Counted from the stretch's first letter, positions 16,539 through 27,752 are shown. The stretch is 64,000 nucleotides of DNA from Vulcanimicrobiota bacterium (GCA_963795855.1 CAWCIZ010000001.1:512001-576000), one strand, 5' to 3'. Notes: a model not told the origin generated them from the sequence alone. Program-made: numbers and translations.

Positions 16539-19500
16539 GTGAAAGCCTTGCTTGTTGCGCTCATCGCGCTTGCAGTCACCGGTTCGGCCGCTGCTGCAGC
16601 ACAATTCGGAGATCTCGCGTATCGCTGGGTTGGGCCGGCCGTGATGGGCGGCCGTCTCGACGCGGTTGCCGGTATTCCCGGAGACCCCAAGACGATTTAC
16701 CTGGGGCATGCCTCGGGCGGATTGTGGAAGTCGACCGACGGCGGCCTCACGTTCGAATCGTCGTTCGAAGCCGGAAGCAGCAGCGCAATCGGCGCGATCG
16801 CGATCGATCCGCGCAACCCGAACCGCGTCTACGTCGGCACGGGCGAGGGCTTTCCGCGAAACACCGCGGATTACGGCGACGGCATTTGGGCGAGCGACGA
16901 CGCGGGTAGGCGGTGGCGAACGCTTGGCCTCGCGGATAGCGGAAGCATCGCGAAACTCGCGATCGATCCGGCCGACTCGCGCATCGTCTTGGCCGCGGCG
17001 ATGGGTCACGAATTCGCGCCGGGCGGCGAGCGCGGAATCTACCGCAGCACGGACGCAGGCGCGCACTGGACGCGCGTGCTGTTCGTCAACGCGACGACGG
17101 GCGGCAGCGATCTCGCATTCGATCCGAAGCATCCCAGCGTCGTGTACGCAGGTACGTTCGATTACTTGCGGCGTCCGTGGACGCTGCGCAGCGGCGGTCC
17201 GGGAAGCGGGTTGTACAAATCCCGCGATGCCGGAAAAACGTGGGTGCGCCTAACCGACCCGCGCTTGCACAACGGTTTGCCCGACGGCCCGATCAATCGC
17301 GTCGGCGTGAGCGTGTGCCGCAGCAATCCAAGCGTCGTTTACGCGTTCGTTCCCGTCAAAAACGGCCTGCTGTATCGTTCTCTGGATGCCGGCGCGCACT
17401 GGCAGATGCGTAATGCGAGCCAAGGCGTCGATTTTCGGCCGTTTTACTTTTCGCAAGTGCGCTGCGATCCGTCGAATCCGCGAAAAGTGTACGCCATCGC
17501 AGGCGGTTTACTCGTTTCAACGGACGGCGGGAAAAAATTTCGCGACGCCGGCGGCGGCGGCGACAATCACGATCTCTGGATCGATCCGATCGATCCGCAG
17601 CGTCTGCTCAACGGCAGCGATATGGGCTTTCACTATTCACTGAACGGCGGCAAGACGTGGAGCTACGACGACGTCGTGCCGTTCGCGCAGGTGTACCGCG
17701 TCGGGTATGACTATGACACGCCGTATCACGTCATGGGCGGCCTGCAGGACCACGAAGTGTGGCGCGGTCCGAACGAACTGCTCAGCCAGCGCGACGGACC
17801 GAGCAACGGCGACTGGCTGAATATCTCGGATTGGGGTGACGGGCAGTACGCGATGGCGGATCCTCGCGACGCATCCGTCATCTACGAAGACACGCATTTC
17901 GGCGATCTTGGTTCGCGCGAATCTGCGAACGGGCGAGCGCCGCTACATTTCGCCGCAGCCGATCATCGGGTTCGGAACGGGCGCGGGAACGTATCCGTAC
18001 CGTTTCAATTGGAGCGCACCGCTGCTGATCTCGCACTTCAATCCCGACGTCATCTACTACGGCGCAAACGTGCTGTTCCGCTCGGCGGATCGAGGCACGT
18101 CGTGGCAGATCGCCGCTCCCGATCTGACGCATTGCGATCCGTCGCAGCTCGGCCGCAGCGGCGGACCGATCACTTTCGACAACACGAACGCGGAGTCGTA
18201 CTGCACCATCTACAGCATCGGTGAGGACGCGAAAGATTCGCGGACCATTTGGTACGGAACCGATAACGGGCACCTCGAGATTACGCGCGATGACGGAAGA
18301 ACCTGGAGCGACGTCATCCGGAACGTGGGCGTGCCGCTTCCGGCTCGCGTGGCGTCCATCTCGCCCTCCGGTGTCACACCGGGCACCGCCTATGCGGCGT
18401 TCGACCGCCACCAGTGGAACGACTACGCATCCTACGCGTACGTGACGCGCGACTATGGCGCGCATTGGCGGCAGATCTCCGGTGGATTAGAAAGTTACGT
18501 GCACGTCGTGCGCGAGGACGCGCGCAATCCCGCGCTCCTTTTCGCCGGAACCGAGCGGGGTGTCTTCATCTCGTTCGATAGCGGTGCGCACTGGACGGAT
18601 TTTCGTCTGGGTTTACCGCACGTCCCGGTGTACGATTTGCAGATCCACCCGCGCGACGACGATCTGATCCTCGGCACGCACGGGCGCGGCTTCTACGTCC
18701 TGGACGATTTAACGCCGCTGGAACATTGGGCGAACGCCGTCGGCGCGCAGCCGGCGCTCTTCGCGCCGATGCCTGCGATTCGCTTCACGGAAGCGTACTA
18801 TCACGAGCACGGGCGCGGCGCGTTCGTTTCGGAAAACAAACCATATGGCGCGCTGCTCACACTATATTTGCCGGCGGCGCCGAAGCCGTCATCGCCGAAC
18901 GGCAAGCCGGTCGTGCACGTGAGGATCGTCGATGCAACCGGCGCGCAGATCGCGTCATTCGATCCCAAAGTGCATGCCGGCGTAAACCGCTTCGCTTGGG
19001 ACCTGACCACGCAACTGCCGCAAGGTGCGCCCAGTGCGCAGGACCGGCGTCCGTACTACATTTTCTACCCGATGTCGATTGCTGGCCCCGAAGCGCTGCC
19101 CGGGACGTATACCGCGCACATCGACGTCTTCGGACGGCGCTTGTCGGCGCCGGTCGTCGTGGTGCAAGACCCGCACGATCCCGCGCCGGCGCAAGACTTG
19201 CGTGCGCAGTACGATGCGTTGCAGACGCTCGGCACGACGCAGGCGCACGTCGAGGCCTTGATCGCGCGCCTGCTGACGAAACCACGCTGTGCCGGCGCTG
19301 CCGGTTTGCTCGACCGGCTGCGCAACGACGAGCCGAGCGGGTATCGTTCGCCGGCTCGCCTCTCCGAACAGATCGCGTATTTGCGATACATCATTGAGCA
19401 ATACGCCGGTCCGCCCACCCAACCGCAGAATGCGCTCACGGCAAAATACGCCGCGCAAACCGCACAGATCGAAAAGGAGGCGGCGCAGGCGTGTCCGTAG
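16539..19500 (+). CDS. secreted BNR/Asp-box (VPS10-like) beta-propeller protein (frameshift near 17910)
   Basis: Signal peptide; repeated S.D.G..W boxes; GPAVMGGR, RFNWSAP, GTHGRG; two ORFs join if one base is removed. Confidence 0.88.
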
Positions 19501-21848
19501 CCGAGGGCCGCTACAGTACGCGGCAATCGCTGCTGCTCAATGCGTTTTGGGTGCCGCTGCACTTTCAAGACACGGCGTTGATCGCCATTTCCGTGCCCGC
19601 GGCGCTCCTGACGCTCGCTCCGGGAGATCACGTGCGCATCTTCGCGGTCGTTGCGGCGCTGGTTTCGTTCGTGTCGATGTTGGTGCCGCCGGTCGCCGGC
19701 GCCATTTCGGATGGAATGCGTTCGCGCGGCGTCCCGAGACGCGTGCCGATACTTGCAGGCGCCGCGCTCGACGTCGCGTGTCTGCTGATGATGGCGGAAG
19801 TGCACACGCTCGGATTGTTCATCACGTTCTTACTTCTGGCAACGGTCGGTGCCAACGTCAGTTTGGCGGCGTACCAGGCGCTGATTCCGGACGTGGTGCC
19901 GCAGCCGGCATGGGGAATGGTTTCGGGAGTCCGCAGCGTCGCGATGGTCGCGGGCACGGTAGTCGGCATCGGCGTCGCAGCGGGGACGTATCCCGCGAGC
20001 ACCTTCATCGGCATCGCGGTCGGCATCGGTCTGGGCGCGCTCACGCTTTTCGCGGTGAGCGAACATCGCATCCCAAATCAGCCTCAGGAGCACGCGCACA
20101 TCAGCGATTGGCACGACTTCACGGTCGTCTTCGCCGCACGCGCATTTTTGGCGTTCGGCCTCGCGCTCCTGATGACGTTCATCCTGTATTTTTTCCGCGA
20201 CATACTGCACGCCAGCAATCCGTCGGCGAACACGGGCATCGTCGCGGCGGCGTCTCTCCTCGGCGCGATCGGTTCCGGAGTATTTTTAGGATGGCTCTCC
20301 GATCGGGTGCCGCGGAAAGTCGTCGTCGCGCTCTGTGGCCTACCGATGGCGCTGGCGGCGGCCGGATTCGGACTGGTACCGCAGCAGCAGTGGATGTTCG
20401 TGTTCGCGGCGCTCTTCGGCGTCGGCTTCGGCGGCATCATGTCGACGGGATGGGCGCTCGCCATGGATTCGGTCCCGCAACTGCGCGACGTAGCGCGCGA
20501 TCTCGGCATTTGGGGGATCGCGCAGAACTTTCCGTCGGTCATCGCGCCGCTCGCCGGCGGATGGATTCTCGCAGCCTACGGCGGTTCGCTGGGCGGGTAC
20601 CGCGTGCTGTTTTTCACCGCTGCGGTCAGTTTCTTGTTGGGGTCGCTCGTCGTGCTCGGCGTGGGAAAACGGTCGTCCATTCCGTGGTGGGGCATACCGC
20701 TGCGCATTGCAGCCGCCATCTGCGTTTCTACGTACGTGCGTACGACGTATCGCATCCGGTCATGGGGATGGCTCCCACCGGGACGCGGCCCGACATTACT
20801 GATCTCGAATCATCAAATCGAACTCGATCTGATGGGCCCGATCAGCGCGCTTACGCTGCACGGCGCCTGGCACAAACCGGTGCTCGCGGCGTGCGCGAAA
20901 TTGATGTACGAGCCGGGCTTCATGGCGGTGCGGATTCCGTGGCTCTGGCGAAGTATGAAAAACGTCAACTTCGGCTGGCTCTTCGAAGGCATCGGGTTTC
21001 TCCCGCTCGAGAACGAGTTGCAGTCGCGATCGATCGCTCGGTGGGCGTGGGGCGCGCAGCGCCGGCACGGCGTGCTCGCACTCCAGGAACTCTTCAAACC
21101 GCGCACGCTCGAGGCGAGCGGCTTCCAGGGTTTGACGACGGAAGATCTTTTCTCCACGCGCTATTTCAAGAAAGCGCAAGTGACGTACGTGCGTCTCTCC
21201 GATCTCAACGTGCGCTACCGGAAAGAAGCGTTCGACGACATGAAGGCGGGCGTCGAGCGCGATCTGCAGCGCATCGAAGACGAACTTCGGCGCGGTGCGA
21301 CGTTCTACGTTACTCCGGAAGGTGAGTACACGAAAACGGGGCTTATGCTGCCGTTCCGCGGCATCTGGGAGCGAATGCTGCCGCACGTCGATCACGTCTA
21401 TCTTGCCGGGATTAGTTACGATCCGTTCGTGGGACGCCGCCTTTCGCAGTACTATCGCGTCGTCGAGGCGCGCGACAAGGCGACTGCAAAAGAAGAACTG
21501 AAGGCTTCGCGTCCGGTAACCACGAGCGCGCTGATGGCAGAGTGGCTCATCTCGCGCAGCGGATCGTTCACGCTGGAAGAAGCCGGGGCAGCGATTTCCG
21601 CCCGCGTTACCTCGCTGCCCCGCGAGTTGTTCGTCGAGCCGTCGCTGGCACGGGCGCCGGCGAAGATGACCGCGCGCGCGGTGCGCAGGTTGACCGAGCT
21701 CGGCATCCTTCAGCAGTCCGGCAATCGGTACACGCTCGGGGAGCGGCGCGTGCACCCGAGCTTCGAAGACGTCGAGGACATCGTGGCTTTTCAAGCACGC
21801 TTCCTAGGCGAAACGCTCGCCGGGCTGCAAGCGCGCGCGTCGGCTTAG
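19491..21848 (+). CDS. MFS transporter fused to an acyltransferase (PlsC/GPAT-like) domain
   Basis: About 12 hydrophobic segments with GAISD and GWLSDR MFS motifs, then NHQIELD (HX4D) and TPEG. Confidence 0.85.
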   Translation: MSVAEGRYSTRQSLLLNAFWVPLHFQDTALIAISVPAALLTLAPGDHVRIFAVVAALVSFVSMLVPPVAGAISDGMRSRGVPRRVPILAGAALDVACLLMMAEVHTLGLFITFLLLATVGANVSLAAYQALIPDVVPQPAWGMVSGVRSVAMVAGTVVGIGVAAGTYPASTFIGIAVGIGLGALTLFAVSEHRIPNQPQEHAHISDWHDFTVVFAARAFLAFGLALLMTFILYFFRDILHASNPSANTGIVAAASLLGAIGSGVFLGWLSDRVPRKVVVALCGLPMALAAAGFGLVPQQQWMFVFAALFGVGFGGIMSTGWALAMDSVPQLRDVARDLGIWGIAQNFPSVIAPLAGGWILAAYGGSLGGYRVLFFTAAVSFLLGSLVVLGVGKRSSIPWWGIPLRIAAAICVSTYVRTTYRIRSWGWLPPGRGPTLLISNHQIELDLMGPISALTLHGAWHKPVLAACAKLMYEPGFMAVRIPWLWRSMKNVNFGWLFEGIGFLPLENELQSRSIARWAWGAQRRHGVLALQELFKPRTLEASGFQGLTTEDLFSTRYFKKAQVTYVRLSDLNVRYRKEAFDDMKAGVERDLQRIEDELRRGATFYVTPEGEYTKTGLMLPFRGIWERMLPHVDHVYLAGISYDPFVGRRLSQYYRVVEARDKATAKEELKASRPVTTSALMAEWLISRSGSFTLEEAGAAISARVTSLPRELFVEPSLARAPAKMTARAVRRLTELGILQQSGNRYTLGERRVHPSFEDVEDIVAFQARFLGETLAGLQARASA

Positions 21849-21929
21849 GAACCAATCGGTAAGGACCATCGGCTCCGTGCGCCCTGCACGAGCGAGGGTA
21901 AGGTACAGCGTTGCCGGGAGGAGCACGCC

Positions 21930-22364
21930 GTGTCGCTTGGTTTCGATATCGGAGGCGCAATCCTCGTCGCATTGGCAGTAGCCGCGACGACGCTGTTTTT
22001 TGCTCGCAAACGCGAGCGGAAGTCTCAGGAGCCGGCGCGAGCAATCACAGGCGAAGCGCAGTTCACCCGTCCCGATCCGGGAACCGTCGAAGGGCTCGAG
22101 ATCCGCTACGGTTCGGACGCGCTCGTGCGTTCGGTGCGCGTCGGCGCGATGAACTGCGAACACAAGGAACTACTGCTCACGATGGACGCGGTCCAGTGGA
22201 ACAGTTTGCAGAACGCGCAAAAGCAAGAAGTGCTCGCCGCAGCGCGCAGCACGTGGGCCTCGAAGATGTGCGCGGCCGGCCCGGACATCGCCTACGTCGT
22301 CGTAAAGACCGACCAAGGGCGCATCGTCGGGCGCGCCGATCCGCATTCCGTTACGGTTCTGTAG
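21930..22364 (+). CDS. hypothetical membrane-anchored protein
   Basis: GGAG RBS, GTG start, N-terminal TM helix. Confidence 0.7.
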   Translation: MSLGFDIGGAILVALAVAATTLFFARKRERKSQEPARAITGEAQFTRPDPGTVEGLEIRYGSDALVRSVRVGAMNCEHKELLLTMDAVQWNSLQNAQKQEVLAAARSTWASKMCAAGPDIAYVVVKTDQGRIVGRADPHSVTVL

Positions 22365-23679
22365 TCAGCGGCACCGCCGCGCGGCGCGTCCACAGATAGT
22401 AGATCGGCGCGCCCGAAAGCAAGATCGCAAAACCGATCGCCGTTTCACGCGGCGCGGTATAGAACGCTTCAGCGACGACGGCAAAACTCACGGCGATAAA
22501 CGTGTACGTGGTCCACGGATCGCCCGGAACGGTTACGCCTTCCCGCGGTGCGCCGGCGTCTCGTCTCCGAAAGATCAGCAACCCGATCCCGCAAACCGCG
22601 AGGAAGAAGAAGTCCATGCTGACCACGTACTGCAATATTTGATCGTACCGTCCGGAAAGGGTGATGACGATCGTAACGACGCATTGCAGTGCCAGACCGT
22701 AAAGCGGCACCGCAGTCTTCGGATGCAGCCATGCGAACTGTTTGAAGAATAAGCCGTCCTGCGCCATCGCGTAGTAGATCCGCGGCGAAGTGAGAACGGA
22801 GTTGCTCAGAAATCCGAGCGTTGAAATCGAGATGCCGATTGCGACGATGCGTTCGCCCATCGGGCCTGCGAACAGACGCATCATGTCGCTGGCGGGGGTA
22901 GTGCTTGCCGCTAGACCCGCCGCCCCGAGCATGTGAAGCGCGGCGCCGGTAATGAGCACGTAAAGCGCGACGACGCCGAGCACGCCGAAAACCAACGCGC
23001 GCGGCAGCGATTTACGCGGCTCTTTCAATTCACCGTCGAGATATGCTGCGGTTTGCCATCCGTCGTAAGAGAACAGCACCGAGATGAGCGCCGCTCCGAA
23101 CAGTGCAAGCGCGGTGAACCGGCCGGGCGGCTGCGGCAACAGCGCGTGCGACGCGCCGTGCGGGCCGAAAAATCCGGCCACGACGATCGCGGCGATCGCT
23201 GCGGCTTTGAGCAGCGTCAAGATGTTTTGCGTCGTGCTGCCTTCGCGAACGCCCAGTCCGTTTATGGCGTTGAGAATGACGATCGCACCGATCGCGACGT
23301 ACGCGGGCGGAACGTGCCAGCCCGTGAGCGGTGTGAAATAGACGGCAAACGTTACCGCGCTCGCAGCCATCCCGCCCGTTTGCGTCACCAGCAGCGCGGT
23401 CCACCCGGACATGAAGGCCAGCATCGGGTGAAACGCATCCCGGAGATAGCCGTACATGCCGCGGACGTCGCAGCGCCGCCAAGCAAGTTCGGCGAAAACG
23501 AAGCCGCCCGCCAGTGCGATCGCTCCACCGGCCAGCCATGCACCCAAAATCAGCGGAGCAGTGCGCGCAGCCGCCGCCACGACTGCAGGCGTCATGAAAA
23601 TGCCCGAGCCGATGATTCCGCCCATGACGATTAGCGTGGCATCGAACGTTCCGAGTTTTCTGGCGAGTTTAGTGGCCAT
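22351..23679 (-). CDS. APC family amino acid permease
   Basis: GGIIGSGIF, FAEL, FSYDGW, RIYYAMAQDG. Confidence 0.93.
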   Translation of the reverse strand: MATKLARKLGTFDATLIVMGGIIGSGIFMTPAVVAAAARTAPLILGAWLAGGAIALAGGFVFAELAWRRCDVRGMYGYLRDAFHPMLAFMSGWTALLVTQTGGMAASAVTFAVYFTPLTGWHVPPAYVAIGAIVILNAINGLGVREGSTTQNILTLLKAAAIAAIVVAGFFGPHGASHALLPQPPGRFTALALFGAALISVLFSYDGWQTAAYLDGELKEPRKSLPRALVFGVLGVVALYVLITGAALHMLGAAGLAASTTPASDMMRLFAGPMGERIVAIGISISTLGFLSNSVLTSPRIYYAMAQDGLFFKQFAWLHPKTAVPLYGLALQCVVTIVITLSGRYDQILQYVVSMDFFFLAVCGIGLLIFRRRDAGAPREGVTVPGDPWTTYTFIAVSFAVVAEAFYTAPRETAIGFAILLSGAPIYYLWTRRAAVPLTTEP

Positions 23680-24790
23680 CGTGCGCGCTCATCATCCGCA
23701 CGTAATGCCGATCGAACGCGTGCAGCAAGCCTTCCTGCTGGCTGTACGGTCCCGGCGCATATGCACGCGACTCGATACCGAGTTGCGTGAGTTCGTTGAC
23801 GCGCCAGTCCTGCAAATTGGTCGTATCCCAGAAATCCACCGCGTCGGACGGATCGAACGACGGTTCTCGCATGGCGTGATCGTCGAAGAGCCATTCGCAA
23901 ACGATGCGCGTGTGCGCCGCATCGACCGGCGTGACGTAGTGCGCCATGACGTAGTCCGGATGCAGGCTGAGCAGCAGCGACGGAAATACCGTGTAGTAAT
24001 ACACCCGCGCGGCGTTTTCCGATCCTATTCCGGACAGGGGCGGGCGCTTGGTGCGTCCCGACGTCGTGAGACTCGTTTCCGCGGTTCGCAGCGTCGAATA
24101 TCCGCCGAGAAACGCGCCGTCGGTGAGGTCGTTGAGTCCGCTATCCGACGGGGAAAGGCGCTCGAGTTGCGGATGAATGACCGGACAGTGATAGCATTCG
24201 GAATAGTTCTGAAAGACGAGTTTCCAGTTGCAGGCAACGTCGTACGCGATGCGCTTTGCGGCGCGCAAACGGTCGATACTCCAGGCGTCGAATCTGCCGC
24301 GCAACGGAGCGAACGCGCTTTCGAACGGCTCATCCGGTTCGAGCGCGACGAAAAGAAAGCCGTAGAGTTCCCGAAGGTGCGCTTGCTGCAGCGGATACTC
24401 GCCGTAATCGAAACCGGGCGCGCCTTCCATGTTGCGCGCCGTCAGCAGCGATCCGTCGAGCGCATACGTCCACGCGTGATACGGGCATTGAATGCTGCCC
24501 TTGAACCGTCCGGCGTCCTCCGTGCACATGCGCGTTCCGCGGTGACGGCAGACGTTGTAGAACGCGTGCGCGGTGCCGGTTTGGTCGCGTGTGAGAATCA
24601 AACTTTCGCCGGCGACGCGGACGGTGATAAAGCATCCGGTATACGCGATCTGCTCTGCGCGTCCCGCGCATATCCACGACCGAGAAAAAATCTGCGCGCG
24701 CTCCCGTTCAAACGTGTCTGGGGAGCGGTACCAGTGCGCGTCAAGGGTGCGCGCCGCCGGCGGCGTTGAGACCTTCACGAAAGACCGCAT
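23669..24790 (-). CDS. Rieske non-heme oxygenase alpha subunit (GbcA/choline monooxygenase-like)
   Basis: CRHRG...CPYHAW Rieske motif; NWK...ECYHCPVIHP iron motif. Confidence 0.92.
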   Translation of the reverse strand: MRSFVKVSTPPAARTLDAHWYRSPDTFERERAQIFSRSWICAGRAEQIAYTGCFITVRVAGESLILTRDQTGTAHAFYNVCRHRGTRMCTEDAGRFKGSIQCPYHAWTYALDGSLLTARNMEGAPGFDYGEYPLQQAHLRELYGFLFVALEPDEPFESAFAPLRGRFDAWSIDRLRAAKRIAYDVACNWKLVFQNYSECYHCPVIHPQLERLSPSDSGLNDLTDGAFLGGYSTLRTAETSLTTSGRTKRPPLSGIGSENAARVYYYTVFPSLLLSLHPDYVMAHYVTPVDAAHTRIVCEWLFDDHAMREPSFDPSDAVDFWDTTNLQDWRVNELTQLGIESRAYAPGPYSQQEGLLHAFDRHYVRMMSAHDGH

Positions 24791-24826
24791 CCGGCTCTCT
24801 TCAGCCGCGCGCCCGCCACCTTCCTC

Positions 24827-25438
24827 TCAGTGCCGCAGCAACCCCGGAAACCGCTGACGAAGTTGTGCGAGTTTCGGCTTGTCGTTTATTACTACGTACG
24901 CATTGTCGGGATTGTGCGCTACGAAATCTTGGTGGTATTGTTCGGCGGGATAAAAGGCGGGAAGCGGCGCGACCTTCGTGACGATGGGCGAGGGGTACGT
25001 GTGTTCGGCCTCGAGCCGCGCGATATATGCTTTTGCCGCGTCACGCTGCGCAGGGGTGGTGAAGAAAATCTCCGAGCGGTATTGCGTTCCTTCGTCCGGA
25101 CCTTGCCGGTTGAGTTCCGTGGGATCGTGCGCGACGAGGAAATAGACGTCGAGGATCTGGCGGAACGTGATGCGCGCCGGATCGTAGGTGATTTGGACGG
25201 ATTCCGCATGTCCGGTGTCGCCCGTGCTCACGATGTCGTAATGTGCCGTCTGCTCGCGGCCGCCGGCATATCCGGCAACCACCGTATCGACGCCGCGCAG
25301 CTCTTCGAAAACCGCTTGCATTCCCCAAAAGCAGCCGCCGGCGAGAACCACGCGCTCCTTCGGCGCCGGAGCTGCCGCCAGCAGAGCGAGTATCGCAAGA
25401 GCCGGTGCCGCCAAACGAATGAAAGATTTCATGACCAT
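24827..25438 (-). CDS. msrA: peptide-methionine (S)-S-oxide reductase with signal peptide
   Basis: GGCFWG, GHAE, RQGPDEGTQYRS, FYPAEQYHQ; AGGAG RBS. Confidence 0.95.
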   Translation of the reverse strand: MVMKSFIRLAAPALAILALLAAAPAPKERVVLAGGCFWGMQAVFEELRGVDTVVAGYAGGREQTAHYDIVSTGDTGHAESVQITYDPARITFRQILDVYFLVAHDPTELNRQGPDEGTQYRSEIFFTTPAQRDAAKAYIARLEAEHTYPSPIVTKVAPLPAFYPAEQYHQDFVAHNPDNAYVVINDKPKLAQLRQRFPGLLRH

Positions 25439-25504
25439 ACTACGCTCCTGCGCCCTGGTTGGATGTACCCGGGAAGCTGCGGCGCAAGCGAGTACACACG
25501 GCGG

Positions 25505-26584
25505 ATGCATCTTTTCGAACCTTTGGAGATACGCGGCATCACGTTGCGTAACCGCATCGCTGTTTCGCCCATGTGCGAATACTCGAGCGAGGACGGCTTC
25601 GCGAATCGCTGGCATTTCGTGCATTTGGGCAGCCGCGCGGTCGGCGGGGCCGGATTGGTGTTTACGGAAGCGGCGGCGGTCTCGCCGGAAGGGCGAATAT
25701 CTCCGGCCGACCTCGGAATTTATCGCGACGAGCACGTCGGCAAATTGCGCGAGATCGTCGAGTTCATTCACGAACACGGCGCTGCTGCAGGCATCCAATT
25801 GGCGCATGCAGGGTTCAAAGCGAGCACTGCGGCCCCGTGGGATGGCGGCGAGCCGGTCGCGCCGAGCGCCGGCGGATGGACGCGCGTTCTGGCGCCGAGC
25901 GCGGTGCCGTTCAAACCGGGATGGATCGTGCCGCATGCACTGGAGGCTGCCGAGATCGCGACTGTCGTCGACCAATTTTCGGCTGCCGCGGCAAGAGCAA
26001 TCACGGCTGGGTTTCGCGTCATCGAAATTCATGCCGCGCACGGCTATCTGCTGCACGAGTTTCTTTCCCCAATCACAAATCGCCGCGACGACGCGTACGG
26101 CGGTTCGTTCGAAAATCGCACGCGCTTCCTGCGCGAGGTCGTGCAAGCCGTCCGTGGCCGCATTCCCTCCGCCGTTCCGCTCTTCGTACGAATCTCGGCG
26201 AGCGACTGGGTCGATGAAGGGTGGAACGTCGAAGATTCCGCCGCGCTCGCGCGCGAACTCAAACCGCTCGGCGTCGATCTCATCGATGCGTCGTCCGGCG
26301 GTATCGTTTCCAACGCGAAAATCGCGCTTGGACCGGGCTATCAAGTTCCTTTCGCCCGGCACATACGCGCAGAGGCGCAGATTCTAACCGGCGCGGTTGG
26401 ACTGATTACGCAAGCGCAGCAGGCAAACGAGATCGTCTCGTCCGGAAGCGCGGATATCGTGCTGCTCGCTCGCGAACTGCTGCGTCAGCCCTACTGGCCG
26501 CTGCTCGCGGCATCGGAGCTGGGCATCGATCCGCAGTATTGGCCGAAACAGTATCAGCGCGCGAAACCGCGCAGAGGAGCATAG
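25505..26584 (+). CDS. NADH:flavin oxidoreductase (old yellow enzyme, YqjM/NamA-like)
   Basis: NRIAVSPMCEYS, IQLAHAG, EIHAAHGYLLHEFLSP. Confidence 0.94.
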   Translation: MHLFEPLEIRGITLRNRIAVSPMCEYSSEDGFANRWHFVHLGSRAVGGAGLVFTEAAAVSPEGRISPADLGIYRDEHVGKLREIVEFIHEHGAAAGIQLAHAGFKASTAAPWDGGEPVAPSAGGWTRVLAPSAVPFKPGWIVPHALEAAEIATVVDQFSAAAARAITAGFRVIEIHAAHGYLLHEFLSPITNRRDDAYGGSFENRTRFLREVVQAVRGRIPSAVPLFVRISASDWVDEGWNVEDSAALARELKPLGVDLIDASSGGIVSNAKIALGPGYQVPFARHIRAEAQILTGAVGLITQAQQANEIVSSGSADIVLLARELLRQPYWPLLAASELGIDPQYWPKQYQRAKPRRGA

Positions 26585-26585
26585 A

Positions 26586-27251
26586 ATGATCGCAGCACTC
26601 ATCGCCGGCATTCTGCTCGGCGTGCAGACACCCGTGACGGCGACCGGCATTCCGCTCGACGCGCCTTGGAAAGTGACGATCTATCACCTCGCGCAAACGA
26701 CGTTCGTTCATCCCGCGTGGGGCTGGCAGCACTCAGAACGCAATTACGACGTAGCGATGCGGCTTGCAAAGGAGGATGGGTTGAAAATCGATACCGACGT
26801 GCTGTTCGCCGCTTCGTTTCTGCACGACATGGCGGCCTTCAAACCGTGCGCGGATACGAAAATGGAACACGGCGATTGCGCCGCGCTCGAGAGCGGGAGC
26901 ATTCTGCGCGATGCCGGATTTCCGATGGACAAGCTTCGCGCGGTTCAGGCTGCCGAGCGCGGGCACATGTACTATCGCCATCCGGGTCCCCTGCCGGAGG
27001 CGATCGTGCTGCACGATGCCGATTCGCTCGATTTTCTCGGTGACGTCGGCGCGGCGCGAATGATTTCGCTAACCGGTGAAAAGGCCGGCTCGTTCGCCGC
27101 GGCCGTAAAAACGCTGCGTTCGTTTCTAAAAGACATTCCTGCGGCGCTCGTCACGAACGCCGCGCGCCGAATCGGCGCGCAGCGCGCAGCGGAGCTGCGG
27201 TCGTTTCTCGACGCGCTCGACGGTGAAACGTTCGGCGAAAAGGCGATGTAG
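26586..27251 (+). CDS. HD domain protein with predicted signal peptide
   Basis: H...FLHD...HDADSLD; hydrophobic N-terminus. Confidence 0.85.
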   Translation: MIAALIAGILLGVQTPVTATGIPLDAPWKVTIYHLAQTTFVHPAWGWQHSERNYDVAMRLAKEDGLKIDTDVLFAASFLHDMAAFKPCADTKMEHGDCAALESGSILRDAGFPMDKLRAVQAAERGHMYYRHPGPLPEAIVLHDADSLDFLGDVGAARMISLTGEKAGSFAAAVKTLRSFLKDIPAALVTNAARRIGAQRAAELRSFLDALDGETFGEKAM

Positions 27252-27257
27252 CGCGCG

Positions 27258-27752
27258 CTACGGCGTGGCCGAGCTTTGCGGTTCGAACATCGGCCGCTGG
27301 GACGGCGATCCGATGGGAGTCGGAGTCGTATAATAAGGCGTCGGCATCGGCTGGTTCGTGGCATGCACCATCGGCTGATAAACGCCCGTGCCCGGAGGCG
27401 CGGTGTAGGTTGTGTAAATTGGGCGCCACTGCGTCGACCCGGCCTGATCGTGTTCGACATGCACGTCTTGCCACTGGTCAGGCTGCGCACTCCCATCGGG
27501 TGAGGGACTCGCTTCAGCCACCCCTGCCGCGGGCGTCGCAGTGCAATTTGGATCCGGCGACGGCGTCGACGAGAAGGTGTCGAGCGCGGGCGCGGGGGTT
27601 GGGCAGTTCGGCTGCACGCCCATCACGCGCGTGTGCGTACCGTTCACGCGCCAGCCGCCCGCGGAACCCGTGTCGTTACCCGAACCGCCTCCGCACGCTG
27701 CCAGCGACGCCGTTAGACAGAGCGCCGCGGCCGCGCCCGAAAGTCTTCGCAC
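27258..27752 (-). CDS. Pro/Thr-rich lipoprotein
   Basis: Lipobox LAAC after a hydrophobic leader. Confidence 0.7.
   Translation of the reverse strand: MRRLSGAAAALCLTASLAACGGGSGNDTGSAGGWRVNGTHTRVMGVQPNCPTPAPALDTFSSTPSPDPNCTATPAAGVAEASPSPDGSAQPDQWQDVHVEHDQAGSTQWRPIYTTYTAPPGTGVYQPMVHATNQPMPTPYYTTPTPIGSPSQRPMFEPQSSATP

Noticed and set aside
24827..26584. Long antiparallel overlapping ORFs (511 and 584 aa)
   Set aside because: These are GC-rich read-through extensions of the divergent msrA and flavin oxidoreductase genes, whose real starts are 25438 and 25505
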